Translations under genes and position numbers: made by a program
Assembly: GCA_964620755.1 (NCBI GenBank)
Contig: CAZUHH010000003.1
Coordinates: 2,944-66,943 of the forward strand
DNA length: 64,000 nucleotides
Direction of reading: 5' to 3'
Source of the DNA: an uncultured Bacteroides sp.
GTDB taxonomy: Bacteria > Bacteroidota > Bacteroidia > G022818785
Notes under the pieces: generated by a model
The model's input: the letters and a program-made list of their open reading frames with translations, nothing else
Told to the model about the DNA's origin: nothing
Database searches by the model: none
Part shown: one piece after another, positions 54,796 to 64,000 of the stretch
How the letters are laid out: each line of letters begins with the position of its first letter
How positions within the stretch are numbered: the stretch's first letter is position 1

Positions 54796-55628
54796 TATTT
54801 AGTATATTTGAATATTTTTAAAAAAATTTTTTTACATTCAACAGCTTCTTTAACATCATGAACTCTTAATATAGAAGCTCCATTAATTAAGGCTATCATA
54901 TTTAAAGATGTAGTAGCGTTTAATAAATTTTCACATTTTTTATAATGTAAAATTTTTTTTAAAATAGATTTTCTCGATATTCCTATCATAATAGGAAAAT
55001 TAAACTGTTTAATATTACTTATTTTAGATATTATTTCAATGTCAAAAATATTATTTTTATTAAACCCTATACCTGGATCTAAAATTATTTTGTTAACACC
55101 ATGTGAATTTAATATTGATATTTTATTTTTAAAGAAAGAAATAATTTTTTTCATAATAAAATTTTTTTTATATAATACATTATATTTATGAATATTATAA
55201 ACATTATCATATATATGCATTAAAACATATATAATATTTTTACTATTAATTATAGTAAATATTTTATTATTTATTTTACCACCAGAGATATCATTTATTA
55301 TAGTAAATCCATGATTTATTGCAATGTTTGCAATTTGATATCTAAATGTATCAATAGAAAATAATACTTTATTATTAAAATCTCTTGATATATAATTAAA
55401 TAATGGTAATAACCTTTTTTTTTCTTCTTCTAAAGATATTATTTCAACATAAGGATTAGAAGCACATGCTCCTATATCTATAATATCGACACCATCTTTA
55501 ATCATTTTTTCGATATGCATTAATGCATTTTTAATATATAAATATTTACCACCATCATAAAAAGAATTAGTTGTTATATTTAATATTCCCATAATTTTTG
55601 GATAATTAAATAAAATATTTTTTTTCAT
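54795..55628 (-). CDS. folP: Dihydropteroate synthase
   Basis: 277 aa; IMGILNITTNSFYDGG pterin-binding signature. Confidence 0.8.
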   Translation of the reverse strand: MKKNILFNYPKIMGILNITTNSFYDGGKYLYIKNALMHIEKMIKDGVDIIDIGACASNPYVEIISLEEEKKRLLPLFNYISRDFNNKVLFSIDTFRYQIANIAINHGFTIINDISGGKINNKIFTIINSKNIIYVLMHIYDNVYNIHKYNVLYKKNFIMKKIISFFKNKISILNSHGVNKIILDPGIGFNKNNIFDIEIISKISNIKQFNFPIMIGISRKSILKKILHYKKCENLLNATTSLNMIALINGASILRVHDVKEAVECKKIFLKIFKYTK

Positions 55629-55749
55629 ATAAAAATTATATAATATTATTTTATAAATATTTTCTTTAAAATAAAGAGTAATTTTTTTTGATAAAATAGA
55701 TATTTTATATTTACATAAAAATAATAATTGTACTTAAAATAATTTTATA

Positions 55750-57027
55750 ATGATATTAAATTTTATAAAGGAATTATCTTGGAGAAATATTTTAAATAAT
55801 TATTCTAATGGAGTTAATCTAATAAAAAGTAATAATATAACTGGATATATTGGTTTTGATCCTACCTACTCATCATTGCATATAGGACATTTAATTTTAA
55901 TAATGTCTTTTATACATCTTAAAAAACATGGACATAATCCAATAATTATAATTGGTAATTCTACAGGAATGATTGGAGATCCTTCTTTTAAAAAAGAAGA
56001 ACGACCATTGTTGGAAAATAATATAATAAAACATAATTCTATATTAATAAAAAAACAATTGTGTAATATAATATCTAATATTTTATTATCATCTGATATA
56101 AATATATTAGAAAACAGTTTATGGATAAATAATTATAGTTTCATTGATTTTATAAGAGATATAGGTAAGTATGTGACTGTTAGTTATATGTTATCAAAAA
56201 ATTCTGTTAAAAACAGAATAAATAATGGATTATCGTTTACAGAATTTACATATCAATTAGTGCAAGGATATGATTTTGTTTTTTTGTATAAAAATTATAA
56301 TTGTTTGCTCCAAATTGGAGGATCTGATCAATGGGGTAATATAACTACCGGAATTGAATTAGTAAAAAAAATATATAATAAATCTGTTTTTGGTATTACT
56401 ACAAATATTTTGCTTGATGCTAATAATAATAAAATAGGTAAAACTAGTAACAATGAAAACATATGGTTAGATAAAAATAAAACTTCTCCATATCATTTTT
56501 ATCAATTTTGGATTAATATTGATGATATTATGGCTATAAAATGTATTAAAATGATGACTTTATTATCTAAAAATGAAATTCAGTTTTTAGAAAACGAACA
56601 TTATAAATATCCTAATAAAAAAATTATACAATTTGAATTGGCAAAAATATTAACTACTAATGTGCATTCTAAAAAAGAATGTCAAATAATAAGTAATATT
56701 ACTAATATATTATTTGGTAATAAAAAAAATTTAAATGAGTTATTTTCTGATAATAACATTAATTATATAAAATATATATCTAAGTATACTATATCAAAAG
56801 ATATTATTGTTAATAATATTAACGTAGTAGATTTTTTATATCAATATTCTAATATTAATGCTTCTAAGTCTAAATTGCGTGTATTAATTAGTAATAATTC
56901 TATTACAATAAATAATATAAAAATATGTGATTATAACTATAAAATTAATATTGATAATTCTATTAATGAAAAATATTTTTTGATAAAAAAAGGAAAAAAA
57001 AATTTTTGTATATGTACTATTATATAA
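55750..57027 (+). CDS. tyrS: Tyrosyl-tRNA synthetase
   Basis: 425 aa; HIGH (SLHIGHL) and KMSKS-like (KIGKTS) motifs; C-terminal S4 domain. Confidence 0.9.
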   Translation: MILNFIKELSWRNILNNYSNGVNLIKSNNITGYIGFDPTYSSLHIGHLILIMSFIHLKKHGHNPIIIIGNSTGMIGDPSFKKEERPLLENNIIKHNSILIKKQLCNIISNILLSSDINILENSLWINNYSFIDFIRDIGKYVTVSYMLSKNSVKNRINNGLSFTEFTYQLVQGYDFVFLYKNYNCLLQIGGSDQWGNITTGIELVKKIYNKSVFGITTNILLDANNNKIGKTSNNENIWLDKNKTSPYHFYQFWINIDDIMAIKCIKMMTLLSKNEIQFLENEHYKYPNKKIIQFELAKILTTNVHSKKECQIISNITNILFGNKKNLNELFSDNNINYIKYISKYTISKDIIVNNINVVDFLYQYSNINASKSKLRVLISNNSITINNIKICDYNYKINIDNSINEKYFLIKKGKKNFCICTII

Positions 57028-57034
57028 AAAGAAG

Positions 57035-57964
57035 ATGAAAATAGTTTTTATGTGTAATTCAAAATTTGGAATTCCTTCACTAAATATTTTATTAAGAAAT
57101 AATTCTTATACAATATATGTTCTTACTAAAAAATCTAATATAATTAATAGAAATTATAAAAATAGTTTTTTTTATTATATAACCAATTTTTGTTTAAAAA
57201 GAAAAATAAAATTAATATATTATAATGATATTAATGATACTGCCATAGCAAATAATTTAAAAGATTTAAATGCTGATTTATTTATAGTAATATCATTTGA
57301 TATTATACCTTATACTATTTTTAGTATGCCAAATATGGGCACAATTAATTTGCATCCTTCATTATTACCTCAATATAAAGGTGCTGCTCCTATTCATTGG
57401 GCTATTATAAATGGTGAATCTGTAACAGGTTTGACAATTTTTTTTATAAATGATAAAATAGATTCTGGTGATATAATATCACAAGTTAGTATTAAAATTA
57501 CATATAAAGATAATTATGGAACATTATATCATAAACTTAGTAATGAAGGAGCTAATTTAATATTAAGCACTATGAATTTTTTTACTCAAAAAAAAAAATA
57601 TGATAATAAATATATAAATAAATTAAATTTAATATCTAGCAATAAAAAAGCTCCTAAAATATACCCTAATGATTGTTGGATTTGTTGGAATAATAATGGA
57701 CAAAATATAATAAATATTATACGTGGATTGAGTCCATTACCTGGCGCTAAAACAATATTCAATAAAAAACAAATTAAAATATTTGACGCTACTTTTATAG
57801 CAATAAATCGTTATATAATATCAGGACAAATTATTACAGACTATAAAAAATTTATTAAAATAACTTCTTGTGATGGATATATTAACATTAAAATATTACA
57901 ATTAGAAAGTAGTAAAAAAATGAATGTAGAAAATTTTTTAAGAGGATATTATCATAAATTATAA
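57035..57964 (+). CDS. fmt: Methionyl-tRNA formyltransferase
   Basis: 309 aa; NLHPSLLPQYKGAAPIHWAIINGE. Confidence 0.85.
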   Translation: MKIVFMCNSKFGIPSLNILLRNNSYTIYVLTKKSNIINRNYKNSFFYYITNFCLKRKIKLIYYNDINDTAIANNLKDLNADLFIVISFDIIPYTIFSMPNMGTINLHPSLLPQYKGAAPIHWAIINGESVTGLTIFFINDKIDSGDIISQVSIKITYKDNYGTLYHKLSNEGANLILSTMNFFTQKKKYDNKYINKLNLISSNKKAPKIYPNDCWICWNNNGQNIINIIRGLSPLPGAKTIFNKKQIKIFDATFIAINRYIISGQIITDYKKFIKITSCDGYINIKILQLESSKKMNVENFLRGYYHKL

Positions 57965-59673
57965 TGAATAAATTTTTATTGTATACTTTAAAAAAGTATT
58001 GGGGATATAATAATTTTAAATTTTTACAGAAAGAAGTCATTTTATCAATAATAAATAAAAATGATACTATGGCTGTTTTACCGGCTGGAAGTGGTAAATC
58101 TTTATGTTATCAATTACCAGCTATTTTACAAAATGGCATATGTATTGTAATATCACCATTAAATGCTTTGATAAAAGATCAGTTAAATTATTTAAATAAA
58201 ATAAAAATAAAATCTACAAGTATATGTGGTAATATTTGTGATAATGAATTAAAAGAAATTTTTTATAGATGTTCTATTAATTATTATAAAATTATATATT
58301 TTTCACCTGAAAAATTTTTATCTGAAATAATATTACAAAATGTCAAATTGTTAAATATTAGTTTTATAGCTATTGATGAAGCTCATTATATTATAGATTG
58401 GGGTATATTTTTTCGTCCTGATTACCTTAGATTATCTATTTTAAAAGATATTTTTCCAAAAATACCAATATTATTATTAACAGCTAATATTAATAAAAGT
58501 TATATTGATGCAATAACAAATATTTTAAAATTAAAAAAAATTAATTTATACCAGCATACTCAAATTCATAAAAATATCTTTATTAAGATTATTAATACTA
58601 ATAATAAGTTGTCTAATATTGTTAAAATATGTAATTATTTTAATGGAAGTGGTATTATTTATGCTAATACTAAACATAAAACTGAAGTTATATCAGAATA
58701 TTTAAATAAAAATGGTATACAAAATGCTTTTTATCATTCATCATTAAATACAAAATATCAATCAATAATATATAATAATTGGTATAATAATAAAATTAAA
58801 ACTATAGTTACTACCAGATCATTAAGTGTTGGTATTGATAAAAAAAATGTTAAGTATATAATACACAGTGATATGCCATTCAATATACGATTATATTATC
58901 AAGAAATAAATAGATCAGGTAGAGATGGTTCTAGATCATTTGCAATTTTATTATATAATAAAAAAGACTTTTATAATGAATTAAATAATATTAAATCTCT
59001 TTTTCCTAAAATTGATATAATTATAAAAATATATAATGCTATAAAACATTATTTGCAAATAAATAAGTATAGTTCTTTAAAAACTAAATATCCTTTTGAT
59101 ATAAATGAATTTTCTATAAAATATAATTTTAATATATCCTTAATATTAAAAATATTAAAAATATTAAATAATACAAAATATATATATTATAATAATAATA
59201 ATAATGTAAGAAATTCAAAAATTATATTTTTAATAAGCTATAATTATTTATATGATAATGTTATTAGCAACCATATTTCAAAATTTATTATTAATGGAAT
59301 AGTTAGATTTTATGGTGGAAATATTTTTAACTATTATATGAATATTGATGAGAATAAATTATCCAAATATTTAAATATTGATTTAAATAAGTTAATATTG
59401 ATATTAAAATCTTTAAAAAATCAAAAAATAATTAATTATTTGGTTAACCATACAAATCATTATATTGAATTTTTAAAATTTGATAATATTTATGTTAATA
59501 TTACACAATATTATTATAAACAATTACATGTTAAGAATTTATATATAAAAGATATAAATAATGTTATGTTATACATCAATAGCAATATATGTAGACAAAA
59601 TTATTTAATAAATACTATAAATAACAAAAAAGATAATATACAATGTAATAATTGCGATATATGTAATCAATAA
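57964..59673 (+). CDS. recQ: ATP-dependent DNA helicase, RecQ family
   Basis: 569 aa; motif I AVLPAGSGKSLCYQLPA, DEAH box (AIDEAHYI), C-terminal Cys cluster CNNCDIC. Confidence 0.8.
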   Translation: MNKFLLYTLKKYWGYNNFKFLQKEVILSIINKNDTMAVLPAGSGKSLCYQLPAILQNGICIVISPLNALIKDQLNYLNKIKIKSTSICGNICDNELKEIFYRCSINYYKIIYFSPEKFLSEIILQNVKLLNISFIAIDEAHYIIDWGIFFRPDYLRLSILKDIFPKIPILLLTANINKSYIDAITNILKLKKINLYQHTQIHKNIFIKIINTNNKLSNIVKICNYFNGSGIIYANTKHKTEVISEYLNKNGIQNAFYHSSLNTKYQSIIYNNWYNNKIKTIVTTRSLSVGIDKKNVKYIIHSDMPFNIRLYYQEINRSGRDGSRSFAILLYNKKDFYNELNNIKSLFPKIDIIIKIYNAIKHYLQINKYSSLKTKYPFDINEFSIKYNFNISLILKILKILNNTKYIYYNNNNNVRNSKIIFLISYNYLYDNVISNHISKFIINGIVRFYGGNIFNYYMNIDENKLSKYLNIDLNKLILILKSLKNQKIINYLVNHTNHYIEFLKFDNIYVNITQYYYKQLHVKNLYIKDINNVMLYINSNICRQNYLINTINNKKDNIQCNNCDICNQ

Positions 59674-60161
59674 TTTATATTACAGCCATATTTAAAACTA
59701 TAACATACTGCTGCAGCTAATCCATCATAAGCATCAAATTTATCATGTATAATATTTATATGAAGAATTTTTTGTAAAATATATTTAACATATTCTTTAG
59801 TAGCATTTCCATTGCCTGTTACTGTCTGTTTAATTATTTTAGGAGTATATTGAAAAATTTCTATGTCAAAATTTGTTGTTGCTGCTATAATAGATCCTAC
59901 TACCATATTCAATTTACCAAATACTTTAACATTTTTATGATAAAAAGAGCTTTCAATAATTATAATTTTAGGATTATATTTATTTATTATTTCTAATATA
60001 TTAGAATATATAACTTTTAATTTTTTAAAATCATTTTTATATGATTTTAAATTAATATTATCACATTTTATATATTGTATTTTATAATTTACTATATTAA
60101 TTAATCCATATCCTAATGTATATGTTCCTGGATCAATTCCTAGTATAATATTATTATTCAA
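59667..60161 (-). CDS. ruvC: Holliday junction resolvase RuvC
   Basis: 164 aa; ILGIDPGTYTLGYG RNase-H fold catalytic Asp. Confidence 0.85.
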   Translation of the reverse strand: MNNNIILGIDPGTYTLGYGLINIVNYKIQYIKCDNINLKSYKNDFKKLKVIYSNILEIINKYNPKIIIIESSFYHKNVKVFGKLNMVVGSIIAATTNFDIEIFQYTPKIIKQTVTGNGNATKEYVKYILQKILHINIIHDKFDAYDGLAAAVCYSFKYGCNINY

Positions 60162-60173
60162 GATAATATAAAT

Positions 60174-61475
60174 TTAATTATTCAATTTATCTATTAAATG
60201 ATTTAAATTAGCATCTATTTTAATTGTATGTTTCTTTTTATGTAAACATAATTTTAATTTATCGGGAATTTCTATATCAATATTTAATGTTTTATCAATT
60301 ATACTTTTAAATTTAGCAGGATGTGCAGTTGAAAAAAATATATTATTAGTATTATTAAATTTACTATTATTATTTTTTACTATTCCTAAAAATCCAATAG
60401 CACTATGAGGATCTATAATGTAATTATATCTTAAATAAATATTTTTTATAGCTTCTATAGTTTGATTATCTGTAAATGAATATCCTTTAATAAAATTACT
60501 TATTTTTTTATAATCATAATTAAACATATGCATTATTCTAATAAAATTACTAGGATTTCCTACATCCATTGCATTACTAATAGTATTCTTTGACAATTTA
60601 GGAATATAATTTCCAGTATTTAAAAAATATGGTACAGTATCATTAATATTAGATGATGCTATAAAATTACTAATAGGTAATCCCATTTTATATGCTATTA
60701 TACCAGCAGTTAAATTTCCATAGTTGCCACTAGGTATTGATATAATAATATTTTTGTATTTATCTTTTAATTGAGAATAAGCATAAAAATAATAACATAT
60801 TTGAGGAATTAATCTTGCTATGTTAATTGAATTTGCAGTTGTAAAATTATACTTATTTTTAAGTACTTTATTATTAAAGGCGGATTTAACAATATTTTGA
60901 CAATCGTCAAATGTACCATTAACTTCAAATACTTTAATATTATCTTGAAACATAGTCAATTGTTTCTCTTGCAAATAACTTATTTGACCGCTAGGATATA
61001 ATAAACATACATTGATATTATTTATATTATGAAATCCATGTGCTACAGCACTACCTGTATCCCCTGAAGTAGCAGACAAAATATTTATGATATTATTATT
61101 ATTTCTAATTAAATATGAAATTAATCTTGCTAAAAATCTTACTCCAAAATCCTTAAAAGCTAATGTAGGTCCATGAAATAATTCTAAAGTAAATAAATTA
61201 TTATCTAATTCTATTAAAGGTAATTCAAAATTTATAGCATCATCTATGATATCACTTAATATATTTTTAGGAATAGACCCATTTAAAAATTTATGCGATA
61301 TATATAAGAATATATCTTTACAATTGTAATCACTTATATTTTTTATAAATTTATTGTCAACTTTATATATTATTTCTGGTATTAATAATTCATTATTGGG
61401 GCCTAATGGATTTAAAACTGCATCAATAAATGAATACTTTAAATTTTTATTTTGTATACTAATTAAATCAATCAT
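60174..61475 (-). CDS. thrC: Threonine synthase
   Basis: 433 aa; PLP-lysine motif FHGPTLAFKDFG. Confidence 0.9.
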   Translation of the reverse strand: MIDLISIQNKNLKYSFIDAVLNPLGPNNELLIPEIIYKVDNKFIKNISDYNCKDIFLYISHKFLNGSIPKNILSDIIDDAINFELPLIELDNNLFTLELFHGPTLAFKDFGVRFLARLISYLIRNNNNIINILSATSGDTGSAVAHGFHNINNINVCLLYPSGQISYLQEKQLTMFQDNIKVFEVNGTFDDCQNIVKSAFNNKVLKNKYNFTTANSINIARLIPQICYYFYAYSQLKDKYKNIIISIPSGNYGNLTAGIIAYKMGLPISNFIASSNINDTVPYFLNTGNYIPKLSKNTISNAMDVGNPSNFIRIMHMFNYDYKKISNFIKGYSFTDNQTIEAIKNIYLRYNYIIDPHSAIGFLGIVKNNNSKFNNTNNIFFSTAHPAKFKSIIDKTLNIDIEIPDKLKLCLHKKKHTIKIDANLNHLIDKLNN

Positions 61476-61477
61476 TA

Positions 61478-62425
61478 TTATATAATTTTTGCTCCTTTAT
61501 TATTAATAAAAGATATTAATAGTTTGGTTTTTATCTTTTTTTTTGAAAATTCATTTTGTATTGCTAATCCTATTGTATCAATATTATTATCACCAATAGC
61601 AAAAACAGAAGGTCCTGATCCACATATACTAAATCCTAAAGCTCCATTATCTATTGCAGCTTTCTTAGCATTATAAAATCCAGGTATTAATGTTCCTCTC
61701 TCAGGTTCTATAATAAAATCTTGCATTGATTTTCCTATTATTTCTATATCACCTTTTAAAATACCTGTAATTAATGCAGCTATATTTCCCCACTGTTTAA
61801 TAGCATCATCTAATAATATATGACTATTTAAAATTTTACGAGAATATTTAGTAGGTAATTCTAAATTTAATGGATATATTATAGCACATTTTATATTAAT
61901 AGGACATGAAATTGGAATAATATCTAATGGATTATAACTTCTAATAATAGTTAATCCTCCCATTAAAGATGGTGCTACATTATCTGCGTGATTTTTACCA
62001 GATACTAATTGCTCTGATTGCATTAGAATTGGTATCATATTATCATATGTTAATTTTGTATTTAATAATTTATTTACAGCAACTATAGCTGCTACTGCAC
62101 TAGCAGCACTAGATCCTAATCCACTACATGATGGTATCCCTTTTGTAACTTCAAGTGATATTTGAACATTATTAATATTAACAAGTTTTAGTAAATTTTT
62201 AACAGTTATACTTGCTGTATTTTTATTTGCATTTATAGGTAAATAATCATTATTATATATTTTTTTAATAATAACATTATTATCGCCATTATAATTACAA
62301 TTTTCAATTTTAGCTTTCACTATATCTCCTATATTATTAATAGCAAAACCTAAAATATCAAATGCACAACTAAAATTAGCAATTGTAGCAGGTGCAAATG
62401 CAGTTTGTTCAATATTATTTTTCAT
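61478..62425 (-). CDS. thrB: Homoserine kinase
   Basis: 315 aa GHMP kinase; PSCSGLGSSAASAVA. Confidence 0.9.
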   Translation of the reverse strand: MKNNIEQTAFAPATIANFSCAFDILGFAINNIGDIVKAKIENCNYNGDNNVIIKKIYNNDYLPINANKNTASITVKNLLKLVNINNVQISLEVTKGIPSCSGLGSSAASAVAAIVAVNKLLNTKLTYDNMIPILMQSEQLVSGKNHADNVAPSLMGGLTIIRSYNPLDIIPISCPINIKCAIIYPLNLELPTKYSRKILNSHILLDDAIKQWGNIAALITGILKGDIEIIGKSMQDFIIEPERGTLIPGFYNAKKAAIDNGALGFSICGSGPSVFAIGDNNIDTIGLAIQNEFSKKKIKTKLLISFINNKGAKII

Positions 62426-62438
62426 ATAAAAATGTAAA

Positions 62439-63701
62439 TTAGTAAACCAATTTAAGTAAATCTGATATTATACCTAATGCAGTTACGTTATCTCCTGCAC
62501 CAGGACCTTGTATAATAAGAGGTTGTTTATTATATATTTTTGTTGTAATAGATATTATATTATCGCTTCCTGATAAATTATAAAATGGATGTAACTCATT
62601 AACATGACATAACTTTACAAATGCTTTGTTATTTTCTAAAACAGCCATATATCTCAATTTATAATTATTCTTTTTCGCTGTAATATATTTTTCATGAAAA
62701 GTATTATTTAAATTCTCTAATTCATGATAAAAATCATCTAAAGATGTAGTTTGTATACATTTTTTAGAAATTAAACTTTCTAAATAAATATCATTTAATT
62801 CCATTTTTAAACCTATTTCTCTAGCTAATATCAAAATTTTTTTTGCTACATCTATACCATTTAAATCATCTTTAGGATTGGGTTCAGTAAACCCCATATT
62901 TTGTGCCATTAACACAGCTTGACTAAATGTTATTCTATCATTAAATGTATTTATAATATAACTAATAGTACCGGAAAGTATTGCTTCTATTTTTATAATT
63001 TGGTCATTACTTTTTACTATATTATTAATAGTACTAATAATAGGAAGTCCTGCTCCAACATTTGTTTCATATAAAAATTGTACTTTAGGATAATTATAAT
63101 ATGATATACTTTTTAATTTTTTATATAAATAATATGTATTTGAATTAGCATTTTTATTAGGAGTTACAATAGATATATTATTATTTAATATATTTTCATA
63201 ATGGTAAATAATATCTTTATTAGCAGTACAATCTACAAAAACATTATTGCCATTCATATTAGATTTTATTTTATCTATAAAAAATTTTATGTTAAATTTG
63301 TGTGTATTTTTTGAAAAAATATCTTTCCAATTATTTAATAAATTATTTTTACTAAAAATCATTTTTGTACTATTAGCAATAGCTAATAATTTTATTTTTA
63401 TCAATGAATTTTTATATTTAAATTCATTTTTTGTTTCTAATAATTTTATTAATTTACTACCTATTAATCCTATACCTACTAAATAAATATTTATAATGTT
63501 ATATTGATTATTATATAATAACATGCTAAACATAGAATTTATACTATTTCTTGATATGCTTTTACTGTGTTTAGATATTATATATAAAATATTACTATTT
63601 AAATCATTTATAAAATCATATATTAAAATATTATTTACGTTACATATATTATTTATTGTATTTAAGTCATGAGTTCCTATTTTTACAAGAGATATCAACA
63701 A
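62439..63701 (-). CDS. thrA: Homoserine dehydrogenase portion of ThrA (ACT2 regulatory segment plus HSD domain), separated from the upstream ORF by in-frame stops
   Basis: 420 aa. The N-terminal approx. 70 aa (ISLVKIGTHDL...SISRNSINSMFSMLLYNNQ) aligns with the second ACT domain of bifunctional ThrA. It also has a Rossmann GIGLIGS, FTEPNPKDDLNGIDVAKKILILARE and C-terminal GPGAGDNVTA. Apparent TTG start. Confidence 0.85.
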   Translation of the reverse strand: MLISLVKIGTHDLNTINNICNVNNILIYDFINDLNSNILYIISKHSKSISRNSINSMFSMLLYNNQYNIINIYLVGIGLIGSKLIKLLETKNEFKYKNSLIKIKLLAIANSTKMIFSKNNLLNNWKDIFSKNTHKFNIKFFIDKIKSNMNGNNVFVDCTANKDIIYHYENILNNNISIVTPNKNANSNTYYLYKKLKSISYYNYPKVQFLYETNVGAGLPIISTINNIVKSNDQIIKIEAILSGTISYIINTFNDRITFSQAVLMAQNMGFTEPNPKDDLNGIDVAKKILILAREIGLKMELNDIYLESLISKKCIQTTSLDDFYHELENLNNTFHEKYITAKKNNYKLRYMAVLENNKAFVKLCHVNELHPFYNLSGSDNIISITTKIYNKQPLIIQGPGAGDNVTALGIISDLLKLVY

Positions 63702-63833
63702 TAAATCAATAACAATTGATATGTCATTAACATAATCAATATTTATTTCTTTTAATAATTTATATAATTTTTTACATTCTATTTTCTTAGCAAATACATA
63801 TATATTATGGTTCTTTAAAGAACTAAATATAAA

Positions 63834-64000
63834 ATTTATATTCAGTTTATATTTATTAGTAATTTCATTTAAATATAATACTAATGATAATAAATGTTTT
63901 TTATTATTTACTGATATAATAATCGATGTGATATTATTTTCAATACCGATATATAAATATTGGTTGTTAGGTCCATGTTCTGATATAAATGTAATTTTAT
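63834..64000 (-). CDS. thrA: Upstream thrA fragment (aspartokinase regulatory ACT1 region), partial; ends at an in-frame TAA
   Basis: Same frame as the 62439..63701 ORF. Translation ...ISEHGPNNQYLYIGIENNITSIIISVNNKKHLLSLVLYLNEITNKYKLNI* resembles the ThrA ACT1 end. TAA codons (minus strand) at 63836-63834 and 63815-63813. Confidence 0.55.

Noticed and set aside
59667-59673. 7-nt convergent overlap of the recQ and ruvC 3' ends as a possible regulatory antisense arrangement
   Set aside because: Such short 3' overlaps are common in compacted genomes. No additional structure is present.

Overview
This window is a very AT-rich stretch of compact core genome on both strands. The gene content and order indicate a reduced Bacteroidota (Flavobacteriia-type) genome, most plausibly an obligate insect nutritional endosymbiont of the Sulcia/Blattabacterium kind. 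That organism assignment is an inference from gene content, not a database match.

Genome type:
- It carries Bacteroidota-style ribosomal clusters with no tuf after fusA.
- Two Bacteroidota-specific small proteins (DUF3276 and DUF4271) sit beside an rpoZ-like gene and a hemD-like gene.
- There is no sign of Shine-Dalgarno use.
- The standard genetic code applies.

Content:
- A CxxxY-variant ccmE and the start of ccmF (System I cytochrome c maturation) come first, followed by tRNA-His, rbfA, gyrA and pheS.
- A contiguous str-S10-spc-alpha ribosomal superoperon runs from rpsL to rplQ (about 5.2-22.7 kb) and includes secY, map, infA and an rpmJ that the ORF track missed. It is followed by tsaE, rpsA, tRNA-Ser, ispB, a YitT-family protein, dapF and htrA.
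- A Phe branch follows (pheA plus a fused DAHP synthase/chorismate mutase), then rpsO, a DUF4271/hemD-like pair, aspS, ssb, an unannotated 29-aa highly basic micro-ORF (bS22-like), rng, a BadF/NagK-like ATPase, ilvE and tRNA-Leu.
- A complete sufBCDS-sufE-sufT operon, an M20 peptidase, rpoZ-like and DUF3276 genes come next.
- Next come ung, mntH, smpB, mutL, a rhomboid, an orphan FtsX-like permease and the folP-cdaA pair.
- The window ends with tyrS, fmt, recQ, ruvC and thrC-thrB-thrA.
- The thrA reading frame is broken by two in-frame TAA codons within its regulatory ACT region at the window's 3' edge.

No mobile elements, CRISPR arrays, rRNA or recognisable defence or secretion systems are visible. 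I found no convincing novel multi-gene system. The most notable points are the interrupted thrA, the tiny basic ORF, the retained c-di-AMP cyclase, the variant ccmE and the amino-acid provisioning gene set.
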